Assembly: GCA_965267575.1 (NCBI GenBank)
Contig: OZ254086.1
Location: forward strand, 4,000,001-4,064,000
Length of the DNA: 64,000 nucleotides
Direction: 5' to 3'
From: Calditrichales bacterium
GTDB lineage: Bacteria > Calditrichota > Calditrichia > Calditrichales > J004
The notes under the pieces were generated by a model. That model ran no database searches, was not told where the DNA came from, and saw nothing but the letters and a program-made list of their open reading frames with translations. How positions within the stretch are numbered: position 1 is the stretch's first letter; the number at the start of each line of letters is the position of its first letter. The position numbers were made by a program, and so were the translations under genes. Shown here piece after piece: positions 1 through 8,568 of the stretch.

Positions 1-148
1 GGATAGCCGCCACGACACCGTCTTTATCAACAAGCAGGCCATGCAGAAGGTGTTCAGGTTCAATGGTTTGGTTTTCGTTTTGGCGGGCAATGCGCATGGC
101 TTCATTTAAAGCCTCCTGCGCTTTCACCGTCATTTTCTCAATATTCAT
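1..148 (-). CDS. clpB: ATP-dependent chaperone ClpB, N-terminus (gene runs off the left edge)
   Basis: Not in ORF track. Manual translation from ATG at 148: MNIEKMTVKAQEALNEAMRIARQNENQTIEPEHLLHGLLVDKDGVVAAI, a Clp-N start (TxKAQEAL...IEPEHLL). GGAGGG RBS upstream. Confidence 0.85.
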   Translation of the reverse strand, partial: MNIEKMTVKAQEALNEAMRIARQNENQTIEPEHLLHGLLVDKDGVVAAI

Positions 149-209
149 ATAATATCCCTCCAACAATTTCATACCGGTCCGTTCACCGGCGTTTTTGGGC
201 TAATGATAT

Positions 210-250
210 ATCAAAAATAATGCCACCAAGGCATATACGCCAACATGACA
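210..250 (-). promoter_or_regulatory. Putative sigma54-type (-24/-12) promoter of clpB plus upstream 13-bp box
   Basis: Minus strand TGGCATTATTTTTGAT (210-225) and TGTCATGTTGGCG (238-250). Same arrangement upstream of hsp20. Confidence 0.55.
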
Positions 251-331
251 GAGGCAAAGCTCCTTCGTCGACTGAGACTCTGTTTTATGGGGTTTTATAG
301 CGGACTAGGCGAGACATGTAGGCAGGGAGTT

Positions 332-538
332 TCAGGAGGATTGTTTTTTGTTTTCACCCTTGTTTTTGTCTTCGTCCTTGTTCTTCTCATCTTCCTGCTG
401 ATCGGCTTCTTCCACGCCTTTCTTAAACTGCTTTACACTGGAACCCAGACTACGGGCAAGCTCGGGTAGTCTCTTAGCGCCAAACAACAGTACAACGATA
501 AAGGCAATTATAAGGATTTCAGTCCATCCAAAATTCAT
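332..538 (-). CDS. tatA: Twin-arginine translocase subunit TatA/TatE
   Basis: MNFGWTEILIIAFIVVLLFGAKRLPELARSLGSSVKQFKKG: TM helix, FG hinge, amphipathic helix, charged tail. Confidence 0.93.
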   Translation of the reverse strand: MNFGWTEILIIAFIVVLLFGAKRLPELARSLGSSVKQFKKGVEEADQQEDEKNKDEDKNKGENKKQSS

Positions 539-735
539 AATCTTCCCCTGGTATTATCCAAATTTTACCACAATTTACAATTTTGCCGGTAATAAACATA
601 ACCAAATTGCAGCAGAGATTTTTATGATCCGTTCACGGTGGAATTGAGGCGGGCAACGTCGCGAAATGTCGCTTTACATCATCTGCATTTTACAGTAATT
701 CAATAATCCATAATTTCAAATAATTCTAATGATTC

Positions 736-761
736 AAAAAAAGCCCGGCATTCACCGGGCT
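736..761 (-). terminator. Rho-independent terminator downstream of hsp20
   Basis: Minus strand AGCCCGG-TGAATG-CCGGGCT followed by a T run, about 15 nt after the hsp20 stop. Confidence 0.8.
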
Positions 762-775
762 CTAAATTCTGCTGT

Positions 776-1210
776 CTATTTTATATTCACTTCAACGCCG
801 GGTTCTTTTACTTCTTCCTCCTTGGCGATGGTAACAGTGAGCAGGCCGTTTTCAAGGGCCGCTTCTATGCTCTCGCTTTTCACTTCATGCGGCAGGTCAA
901 TGGCACGGGCGATTTTGCCAAAGCTGCGATCGTTTTTAACGTAAACGGCATTTTCGCGCTCTTCCTTTTTGTTGGCAGCTATGTACAGCCTGCCATCACG
1001 GAAAGTCACTTTTACATCCTCCTTGGGGATGCCCGGAAGCTCGACGCGAACAACAAAATTGCCGGGATTCTCCTCGATACTCAGCGACGGCGATACTTCG
1101 CCCTGGTCCAGATCGTCGGCGTCACCAAAAAATTCTTCAAACAAACGGTCCAGATCATTTTTCAGATGGACTATTCTGCGCCGGGGGCCGGCAAAGTGTA
1201 CAAAAGCCAT
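776..1210 (-). CDS. Hsp20/alpha-crystallin small heat-shock protein
   Basis: VELPGIPKEDVKV...RSFGKIARAIDLP...AALENGLLTVTI alpha-crystallin motifs; GGAGG RBS. Confidence 0.93.
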   Translation of the reverse strand: MAFVHFAGPRRRIVHLKNDLDRLFEEFFGDADDLDQGEVSPSLSIEENPGNFVVRVELPGIPKEDVKVTFRDGRLYIAANKKEERENAVYVKNDRSFGKIARAIDLPHEVKSESIEAALENGLLTVTIAKEEEVKEPGVEVNIK

Positions 1211-1250
1211 TTTTCCTCCTTCGGGTTATTATGAATCGTGTATTAATACG

Positions 1251-1323
1251 ATCAAGCCCCGTGCCAGTGTTCCTGCTTTGCCATTTGGACAGAAGCCAAA
1301 CTCGCTGTCGCGTCAAACTGTCC
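1251..1323 (-). promoter_or_regulatory. Putative sigma54-type promoter of hsp20 plus two 13-bp boxes
   Basis: Minus strand TGGCACGGGGCTTGAT (1251-1266); boxes TGTCCAAATGGCA (1279-1291) and GGACAGTTTGACG (1311-1323). Confidence 0.55.
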
Positions 1324-1328
1324 CGTTT

Positions 1329-2672
1329 TTATGCGCTTTTGTCCAGCAGGCCCGATATGTGGCGCAGATGATGCAGCTTTACGGAAGATGGTACACGGAT
1401 ATCGGAAGGAGGCAGGACAATATGCTTGATGCCCAGCTTGGAGGCTTCGTTTACGCGCTCAGCCATCTGCCCCACACTTTTGATTTCGCCGTTCAGCCCC
1501 ACTTCTCCGATAAAGAGCGTACGCGCGGGACGGCGGTTATCGTCCATCGCCGAGATCAAGGCCATGCAGATGCCAAGGTCGGCGGCGGGGTCATCCAGCT
1601 TAAGACCGCCGGCAACCTTCAGGAAAACGTCGTGAAAGCCGAAGTTGCGCCCCGCTTTTTTGTCCAGTACAGCCAAAATCAAGTTCACCCGGCGCTGATC
1701 GAGACCGCTGGAAACGCGCTGCGGCATGCCGAACTGTGTCTTGCTTACCAGCGCCTGCACCTCCACCAGGAAAATGCGGTTGCCCTCGCGCACGCTGACG
1801 ATGCCCGTGCCCGGCTGTGCTTCACCGCTCATGTCCAGGAAAAACTCGCTTGGATTACTGACAGCGCTCAGGCCGTCGCTCTCCATGCGGAACAGGCCGA
1901 TCTCATTAACGGCGCCAAAGCGATTCTTGGTACTGCGCAGGACGCGATATTGCAGGTAATCATCGCCTTCAAAGTAGACGACCGTATCAACCAAATGCTC
2001 CAACATGCGCGGCCCGGCGATGGCGCCGTCCTTGGTCACATGCCCGATCAGGAAAACGGCGATGCCCTTGTCTTTGGCCAGGCGCGTCAGGCGGGCGGTA
2101 CAGTAGCGCAGCTGGCTGCTGTTGCCCGGAATGCCGTCCACGTCTTCGGATGCCATGGTCTGGATCGAATCTATGATCAGGATAACCGGCGGATCATTTT
2201 CGCAGGCAGAGACCACATTTTCCAGACCGGTTTCATTGAGAAAGAAAATATGCTTGTTATCGATGCCCAGCCTTTTGGCGCGCTGGCGCACCTGCCGGAA
2301 GGATTCTTCACCCGAGACATAAAGCAATCGGCCCGGCGCCTGCATTTTTTGCAGCATCTGCAGCATAAGCGTGGATTTGCCGATACCGGGATCGCCGCCG
2401 ACCATGGTTACGCCGCCCGGAACAATGCCGCCGCCCAGCACGCGGTCCAGTTCGCTGATCTCCGTGGATAAGCGTTCTTCGGCTCCGTCGTCCGCGTCGC
2501 TCATCAGCGATTGTATTTTACTTGTGGTTACTTTTGCGCCAGGGCGGTTTTTTACCAGCGTCTCTTCGTTAAAACTGTCCCATTCGCCGCATTCCGGGCA
2601 CTTGCCCAGCCAACGCAGGGATTGATAACCGCAGTTTTTGCAGGCGAAAACAATGCGTTCTTTTTTTGCCAT
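1329..2672 (-). CDS. radA: DNA repair protein RadA/Sms
   Basis: C4 zinc finger (CKNC...CPEC), Walker A GDPGIGKST, KNRFG motif, Lon-like C-terminus. Confidence 0.97.
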   Translation of the reverse strand: MAKKERIVFACKNCGYQSLRWLGKCPECGEWDSFNEETLVKNRPGAKVTTSKIQSLMSDADDGAEERLSTEISELDRVLGGGIVPGGVTMVGGDPGIGKSTLMLQMLQKMQAPGRLLYVSGEESFRQVRQRAKRLGIDNKHIFFLNETGLENVVSACENDPPVILIIDSIQTMASEDVDGIPGNSSQLRYCTARLTRLAKDKGIAVFLIGHVTKDGAIAGPRMLEHLVDTVVYFEGDDYLQYRVLRSTKNRFGAVNEIGLFRMESDGLSAVSNPSEFFLDMSGEAQPGTGIVSVREGNRIFLVEVQALVSKTQFGMPQRVSSGLDQRRVNLILAVLDKKAGRNFGFHDVFLKVAGGLKLDDPAADLGICMALISAMDDNRRPARTLFIGEVGLNGEIKSVGQMAERVNEASKLGIKHIVLPPSDIRVPSSVKLHHLRHISGLLDKSA

Positions 2673-2752
2673 ATATGGCTAATAATCCTTTAACTTAGTT
2701 TCATTAAATTAAGGCATAACAAAACAAGATTCATCCATCTGAAAGGAATTGT

Positions 2753-4114
2753 ATGCGTTTTATCGCGATTGTGCTATTACCGTTGATGCTTTTTGCCCGG
2801 GATATTTACGTCAGCGCCCTAAACGGCAATGACGCGGGCGACGGTACCCGGCAGCAGCCCTTTAAAAGCCTGGCCGTAGCCGTAAACGAAGCTCGTGATC
2901 CCGGCGATACGGTCATCCTGCTGGACGGCCCTTTCGACCGTCCATTAAAAACCTACCACAGCGGCACCCGTGAGAAACCGATCACCATCCGGGCCGCGGA
3001 AAACGCGCCTGTGGAGATTGTTTATGCCGAACGCGCGCTGCATGTGCGCAATAGCCACATTGTCGTTGAAGGACTGATCTTTGACGGCGGCACATACCCC
3101 GACGGGGTTCTCGCCACCATCGACGGCAACAACGTTACCCTGCGCGATTGCGAAATCCGCAACGGCAACCGCGACCTGCTGACCATCGGTGATGTGCGTG
3201 ATATAACCATCGAGAATTGCCTGATACATCATGGCTTAAGCTGGCACAGAACCACGCGCAAGGAGCCCCACGGCATCAGCACGCGCGGCGTAAAAGGCCT
3301 GAAAGTGATCAACACATCCATTTACCAGATCACCGGCGACTGCATCCAGATCTCCCCTTCCCGCGCCGACTGGGATGATATCGAGCTGCGTGATTGTACT
3401 TTCTGGGTGACGCCGTTGACCGAAGCTGAAGTGGATCGCGCGCGCCTGCCTTCCTATGCCGTGGGCAGTGTTCAGGCGGAAAACGCGCTGGACCTTAAAT
3501 CGGATGACGAAGACCTGCCCACCGAGCACAAGATCCGTATCATCAACTGTACCGCTTACGGCTTTCGCTCCACGCGTATCAATAATGCTGCCGCCTTCAA
3601 CATCAAAAACCCGTCGCTCGCTTTTATCGATGGCTGCACGGTTTACGACAGTGAAATCGCCTTCCGCCTGCGCGCTCCTTCTGAGGTGACACTGCAAAAC
3701 TCCGTCATTTACGATTGCGATTACGGTGTGCGTTATGAAGACGGCATGGATAAACTCCATCTTTTTCAGAACACGTTTGGCCTGGGAATTAAAGAAAGGG
3801 CCCTGCGTGAGGTAGGTTCAACACCACGCGACTTCCAGGCCTTCAATAATCTTTTTGTGGATGAGAGGCTGCCCGGGGAGCTGGACGACGATATGCTTCT
3901 GAGGGCCCATAACCGCGCCGTTTCGCCGGCTGATGTATCCTCCTGGTTTATCAACGCGCCGGCACATAATTACCAGCCGGTGCCCACTTCCCCCGCCATT
4001 GACGGCGGCATGGACCTGTCGGCCAAGGGGGTAATAAATGATATTGACGGCAACCCGCGTCCTGCCGGCCAGGGATACGATTTTGGAGCATGGGAAGTTC
4101 AGCCGGAAGAGTAA
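2753..4114 (+). CDS. Secreted right-handed beta-helix (pectin-lyase-like) protein, possible polysaccharide lyase
   Basis: Signal peptide; DIYVSALNGNDAGDGTRQQPFKSL N-cap; repeated (V/I)xIxNCxI strands; C-terminal SPAIDGG...DIDGNPRP...YDFGAWE motif. Confidence 0.7.
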   Translation: MRFIAIVLLPLMLFARDIYVSALNGNDAGDGTRQQPFKSLAVAVNEARDPGDTVILLDGPFDRPLKTYHSGTREKPITIRAAENAPVEIVYAERALHVRNSHIVVEGLIFDGGTYPDGVLATIDGNNVTLRDCEIRNGNRDLLTIGDVRDITIENCLIHHGLSWHRTTRKEPHGISTRGVKGLKVINTSIYQITGDCIQISPSRADWDDIELRDCTFWVTPLTEAEVDRARLPSYAVGSVQAENALDLKSDDEDLPTEHKIRIINCTAYGFRSTRINNAAAFNIKNPSLAFIDGCTVYDSEIAFRLRAPSEVTLQNSVIYDCDYGVRYEDGMDKLHLFQNTFGLGIKERALREVGSTPRDFQAFNNLFVDERLPGELDDDMLLRAHNRAVSPADVSSWFINAPAHNYQPVPTSPAIDGGMDLSAKGVINDIDGNPRPAGQGYDFGAWEVQPEE

Positions 4115-4149
4115 TTTCAGAGGTTTGTCCCAAAACCGGCGTTGTTCAG

Positions 4150-4257
4150 TGGATTCCTGCCTGCGCAGGAATGACATTATAAGCTGCGCCGCCGGTCTCC
4201 GTTGCAGGATGAGCACGTACATGGTAACGGAGATAAGCGCCAGCGGTCTCCGTTACC
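4150..4257. repeat. Intergenic palindromic element cluster (REP/dRS3-like)
   Basis: TGGATTCCTGCCTGCGCAGGAATGAC (4150-4175, ATTCCTGC/GCAGGAAT stem), inverted repeat GGTAACGGAGA/TCTCCGTTACC (4223-4257), and two copies of GCGCC-N2-CGGTCTCCGTT. Confidence 0.6.
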
Positions 4258-4292
4258 GGGACATGCATAACCTTTGTTTTAAAATTCACAAC

Positions 4293-4321
4293 AAAAAAAG
4301 GGACGCCGATTGACGTCCCTT
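4293..4321 (-). terminator. Terminator of the RND efflux operon
   Basis: AAGGGACG/CGTCCCTT stem with a T run on the minus strand, between convergent genes. Confidence 0.75.
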
Positions 4322-4343
4322 CCTTAAACCTAAGAATTGTTTC

Positions 4344-7300
4344 TTATACTTTCTCCGGCTGCGCCATTGCTTTTTCTTTGCGCTCGGCAAGGTAATCCTG
4401 CCAGCGCTCGCTGATGCCTGTGAGCAGGCTGTACATTACCGGCACGACAACCAGCGTAAGCGCCGTGGCAAAAAGCAATCCGAAAATTACCGCAACGCCC
4501 ATGTTGGACCACCACTCCGAGCTTTCCGCGCCAAACTCTATCACTTTGCGAAAATCAAGAGAGAGGGCGCCGATAAAGTCGATGTTGATGCCGGCCGTCA
4601 GCGGTATCAGGCCTAAGATCGTGGTAACGGCCGTCAGGATAACCGGACGCATACGCACTTTCCCGCCGCGGATGATCGCTTCCATTTTATCCAGGCCGCG
4701 TTCACGAAGCTTCTGGATATAGTCGATCAAAACAATGGCATTGTTCACCACAACGCCGGCCAGCGAAATGATACCGATTCCGGTCATGATGATACCGAAC
4801 GGCTCACCCGTTACCAGCAATCCGAAGAAGACACCAAAAAAAGACAAGATGACCGAGATCATAATAACGATCGGCAGCATTACCGAGTTGAACTGGCTGA
4901 CCAGCACGAAGAAAATCAGGAAAAGCGCGATAAGAAAGGCGCTGGTTAAAAAGTCCATATCCTTCTGCTGTTCCACATCCTGCCCGGCAAAACGAATGCT
5001 GTATCCTTCCGGCGCTTCGTAGCCCTCCAGCCGGTCTTTTACGTCATTCAATACTTCCGCGGAAGAACGGCCCAGTGCTTCCCCGGTTATCGTTACCACG
5101 CGGTCATTGTCCACATGGTTTACGCGGGTAAGCCCCGATCCCAGATCGATGCTGGCAAAGTTGGCCAGCGGATAATGCTTGCCCTCGTGAAAGATCGTCA
5201 GGTCCAGGATATCCGAGTAATTATTGCGGAACGGTTCGGCAAAGCGAACGGTGATATCGTATTCATCCTGGCCGACCCGGTATTGCGAAGCCTCCGTACC
5301 GTTTATGGCCGTACGGATTGTATTGGCGATCTGCTGCGTATTCAATTCCAGCCGTGCCGCCTTTTCGCGATCAATGCGAATAGTCAGTTCGGGCTTGCCC
5401 ACTTCGTAGTTGTCCTGCAGCTTGGTCAGCCCCGGCACATCACGGATCATCTTTTGCAGCTCGGTGGAAATGGCGTCCAGCGTTGTAAAATCCTCACCCT
5501 TGATCTGGATCTCGACGGCGGCGCCGGTCGGCGGCCCTTCCTGCGGTTTGGTCACGTCGATTTTAGCGCCGGGGATATCGGTCAGCTCGGCAGCCACCTG
5601 CTCCAGCGTTTCAAAAGAGTTCTGCTCGCGTTCGTAGCGCTCAACAAATTCGATGGTCACGCGCGATTTATGCGGAGATCCGGAGCCACCCCCGAAGTCC
5701 ATCATATTGCTCTGGTTGCCGACGTCTGCCACAAAATAACGCATGTCCGGCGTATCCTTAATGCGCTCCTCCACTTTTCTCACAATCCGATCGGATGCTT
5801 CCAAACGGGTGCCGTTGGGGGCGTCCACGTTAACCCAGGCCTGACGCGGCTCAATATCCGGAAAGTATTCCAGGCCGTGATTGAATACACCATAGACAAA
5901 AAACATCATGAAATAGCCGCCAAAAGCAATACCCAGCACAGTCCACCTGTGTGTCAGCGCCCAGCGCATGGTCTTGTCATACAGCGGTTCCAGGAAGCGC
6001 AAAAGCTTATCGCCAGGCAGGTTAACCATTTTGCTGTCAAGTTTCAGGTACCGGGCCGTTACCACGGGGTTAAACACCAAGCCCACAAAAAGTGATGACG
6101 ACAATGTAACAATCAGCGTAATGGGCAGGTAGCGCATAAACTCGCCTACTATACCCGGCCAGAAGGCCAGCGGCGCAAAAGCGCCCAATGTCGTAATCGT
6201 GGAAGCGACAACGGCCATACCCACCTCGCCGGTACCGTCTTTGGCCGCCTGCAAAAGTGACTTGCCCTCTTCGTGATGCCGGTAAATATTTTCGATGATC
6301 ACGATGGCGTTGTCCACGAGCATACCCAGGGCCAGGATGAGGCTGAACAGCACCATCATATTTAGCGTGTAGCCAATGGCGCTGATCACGATAAAAGACA
6401 TCAGCATGGAGAGCGGAATAGCGATACCCACAAGAAAACCATTGCGCGCACCCATGAAGAAATAAAGCACCAACACAACCAGGATAAGACCGGAAATAAT
6501 ATTATTCTCCAGGTCATTCACCATCGAGCGGATATCCTTGGACTGATCCGCCGTGATCACATATTCCGTTTGCGCCGGAAATTTTTGCGCTTCTTTCTCG
6601 AGAATAACCTTTACCTGGTCTGATATGGCAATGATGTTCTCACCGCTGCGTTTGATAATTGATAGCGTGACGCTGGGACGACCTGCCAAACGCGAATAGC
6701 TGTCTTCCTCCTTAAAGCCAAATTCGATATCAGCCAGGTCCTGCAGGTAGACAGGATTCTCGCCTTTCTGCTTTACAACGATGTTATTTAGTTCGCGCAC
6801 ATCGTCAAACTCACCGGGAATGCGCACCGAAAAGCGCAGGTCGCCGCCGTCGATAGAACCACCCGGAGTCGTCAGGTTTTCCTGGCGAATAGCGTCGATC
6901 ACATCGACCGTGCCGAGATTGTAATACTGCATGCGGTTGGCATCCAGCTTCACCTTGACCTCGCGCTCCAGCCCGCCGGTGATGTTAACTTCCAAAACAC
7001 CGGAAATCTGCTCGAATTCATCCTGCAGGTCTTCAGCAATCTCCTTAAGCCGTACCAGTGACTGGTTGCCCACAATACTCACCAGCATGATGGGGATATT
7101 CTCAAAATTGACCTCCTCCACCATCGGCTCTTCGATATCGTCCGGCAGCTCGGGCCGCGCCTGGTCCACTTTTTCGCGCACCTTGCGCACCGCCTCGTCT
7201 ATATCAATGTCCGATTCAAATTCAACTATGACATTTGTATAGCCTTCGAGGCTGCTCGAGGTAAGCTTTTTAATTTTTGTGATTTCTTTGATCTCTTTTT

Positions 7301-7502
7301 CAAGCGGATTGGCTACAAGGGTTTCCATATCCTCCGGGGAAACGCCCACATAGGGTACCGCAACAACCACAACCGGCTGCTTGATTGACGGGAACGACTC
7401 GACCGGCAGGCCGACATAGGACATCAGACCGGCCAGCGTTACAATCACAAGCAAAACAAAAACCGATGTGCGGAACTTTAGTGCAAGATTAGTTATCTTC
7501 AT
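4344..7502 (-). CDS. RND efflux inner-membrane permease (AcrB/AcrD/AcrF family)
   Basis: 1052 aa, two periplasmic domains, GMLVDNAIVIIENI, GVVVNNAIVLID, RMRPVILTAVTT. Confidence 0.95.
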   Translation of the reverse strand: MKITNLALKFRTSVFVLLVIVTLAGLMSYVGLPVESFPSIKQPVVVVAVPYVGVSPEDMETLVANPLEKEIKEITKIKKLTSSSLEGYTNVIVEFESDIDIDEAVRKVREKVDQARPELPDDIEEPMVEEVNFENIPIMLVSIVGNQSLVRLKEIAEDLQDEFEQISGVLEVNITGGLEREVKVKLDANRMQYYNLGTVDVIDAIRQENLTTPGGSIDGGDLRFSVRIPGEFDDVRELNNIVVKQKGENPVYLQDLADIEFGFKEEDSYSRLAGRPSVTLSIIKRSGENIIAISDQVKVILEKEAQKFPAQTEYVITADQSKDIRSMVNDLENNIISGLILVVLVLYFFMGARNGFLVGIAIPLSMLMSFIVISAIGYTLNMMVLFSLILALGMLVDNAIVIIENIYRHHEEGKSLLQAAKDGTGEVGMAVVASTITTLGAFAPLAFWPGIVGEFMRYLPITLIVTLSSSLFVGLVFNPVVTARYLKLDSKMVNLPGDKLLRFLEPLYDKTMRWALTHRWTVLGIAFGGYFMMFFVYGVFNHGLEYFPDIEPRQAWVNVDAPNGTRLEASDRIVRKVEERIKDTPDMRYFVADVGNQSNMMDFGGGSGSPHKSRVTIEFVERYEREQNSFETLEQVAAELTDIPGAKIDVTKPQEGPPTGAAVEIQIKGEDFTTLDAISTELQKMIRDVPGLTKLQDNYEVGKPELTIRIDREKAARLELNTQQIANTIRTAINGTEASQYRVGQDEYDITVRFAEPFRNNYSDILDLTIFHEGKHYPLANFASIDLGSGLTRVNHVDNDRVVTITGEALGRSSAEVLNDVKDRLEGYEAPEGYSIRFAGQDVEQQKDMDFLTSAFLIALFLIFFVLVSQFNSVMLPIVIMISVILSFFGVFFGLLVTGEPFGIIMTGIGIISLAGVVVNNAIVLIDYIQKLRERGLDKMEAIIRGGKVRMRPVILTAVTTILGLIPLTAGINIDFIGALSLDFRKVIEFGAESSEWWSNMGVAVIFGLLFATALTLVVVPVMYSLLTGISERWQDYLAERKEKAMAQPEKV

Positions 7503-7514
7503 CAGTTTTCCCGC

Positions 7515-8555
7515 TTATTCCGTTACAATATTCAGTGTATCACCTTCAGTCAGTTCGCGCTGCCCGGTTACAACCAGGTCTTGTCCGGCCGCCAGGCCGC
7601 TCACCAGCACGCTGTCGTTATGGAAGGCTTCAATATTTACAATTTTCTTTTTGGCCACCATCTGATCGGCCAGAAAAACATAGCGTCCTTTTTCCGAATC
7701 GATTAAAGCGTCAATCGGGATAACAATGCCGTCGCTGAATTTCTGCTTCAGCAGGCGCACGTTGGCTATCATTTCCGGCGCCAGGCGATTGTCCACGTTG
7801 CCGAATTCCGTTTCAATCTGAAAGGTGCGGCTCTGCGGATCAATGCTGCGCGAAACGAACGTAATATCACTATTGATTACCAGGTCCGGGTAGGCGTCAA
7901 AGGTCAACTGCACACGGGAGCCTTTACTTATAAAACGCATAAAACGTTCAGCCACGCCGGCGCTTACTTTGAGACGGCCGTTGTCAACAATCTCGTACAT
8001 CGGCGAGCCTGGCGAGATGAAAGCGCCCATATCGAAGTAGCGCGCGTTCACATAGCCGGCGATCGGCGCCCGAAGCGTAAGCTTGTCATAGCGCGCCTTG
8101 GCCAGTTCATAGGCGGCCTGCGCCCTTTCAAGGTTCAGACGCGATTTCTCAAATTCATTTTCAGAGATAGCGTTTTTCTCCGCCAGCACCTTGCTGCTGT
8201 TAAAATCCAGCTGCGCCTGATCACGCGCGGCACGCGCTTCCTGGTAGGACGCCTGCAGCACCTTGTTCTCGATGCGCGCTAAAACAGCGCCCTTTTGTAC
8301 CATGGCGCCCTTATCATGCTGCATTTCAACAACGATGCCGGACTCCTCTGCCACTACCTTAATCTGGTTGCGGGCTTTTACCACGCCTGTCAGATTGAGG
8401 TATTCTTCAAAAGCTGTTTTTTGCAGTGCTTTTGTTACGACCGGCAAGCCTGGGTTCGTTTTAGAATCGCTGTTTTCCGCTTTGCTGTCCTGCGAACAAC
8501 TCCAGGCAAGCAACGCCAGTACTAATATGAGTAGGTAGATCTTCAGGGATTTCAT
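7515..8555 (-). CDS. RND membrane-fusion protein (periplasmic adaptor), probable lipoprotein
   Basis: Start moved to ATG 8555 (MKSLK..., GGAGG RBS); lipobox-like LAWSC; LRAPIAGYV and SIDPQSRTF MFP motifs. Confidence 0.92.
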   Translation of the reverse strand: MKSLKIYLLILVLALLAWSCSQDSKAENSDSKTNPGLPVVTKALQKTAFEEYLNLTGVVKARNQIKVVAEESGIVVEMQHDKGAMVQKGAVLARIENKVLQASYQEARAARDQAQLDFNSSKVLAEKNAISENEFEKSRLNLERAQAAYELAKARYDKLTLRAPIAGYVNARYFDMGAFISPGSPMYEIVDNGRLKVSAGVAERFMRFISKGSRVQLTFDAYPDLVINSDITFVSRSIDPQSRTFQIETEFGNVDNRLAPEMIANVRLLKQKFSDGIVIPIDALIDSEKGRYVFLADQMVAKKKIVNIEAFHNDSVLVSGLAAGQDLVVTGQRELTEGDTLNIVTE

Positions 8556-8568
8556 TTTGCCTCCAACC

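Noticed and set aside
150..330. CIRCE/HrcA or CtsR operator upstream of clpB
   Set aside because: No match to either consensus seen.
245..469. 74-aa hydrophobic plus-strand ORF
   Set aside because: Antisense to the Lys/Glu-rich tail of tatA, which yields Phe/Leu/Val codons artefactually.
969..2471. 500-aa plus-strand ORF
   Set aside because: Antisense shadow of radA and hsp20; no recognisable motifs.
4119..4140. AGAGGTTTGTCCCAAAACC as a possible IS terminal repeat
   Set aside because: No matching second end or transposase in the window; kept only as part of the palindromic element.
4184..4257. Possible mini CRISPR array
   Set aside because: Only two short imperfect repeats, no regular repeat-spacer period and no cas genes.
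5115..6095. 326-aa plus-strand ORF
   Set aside because: Antisense to the RND permease.
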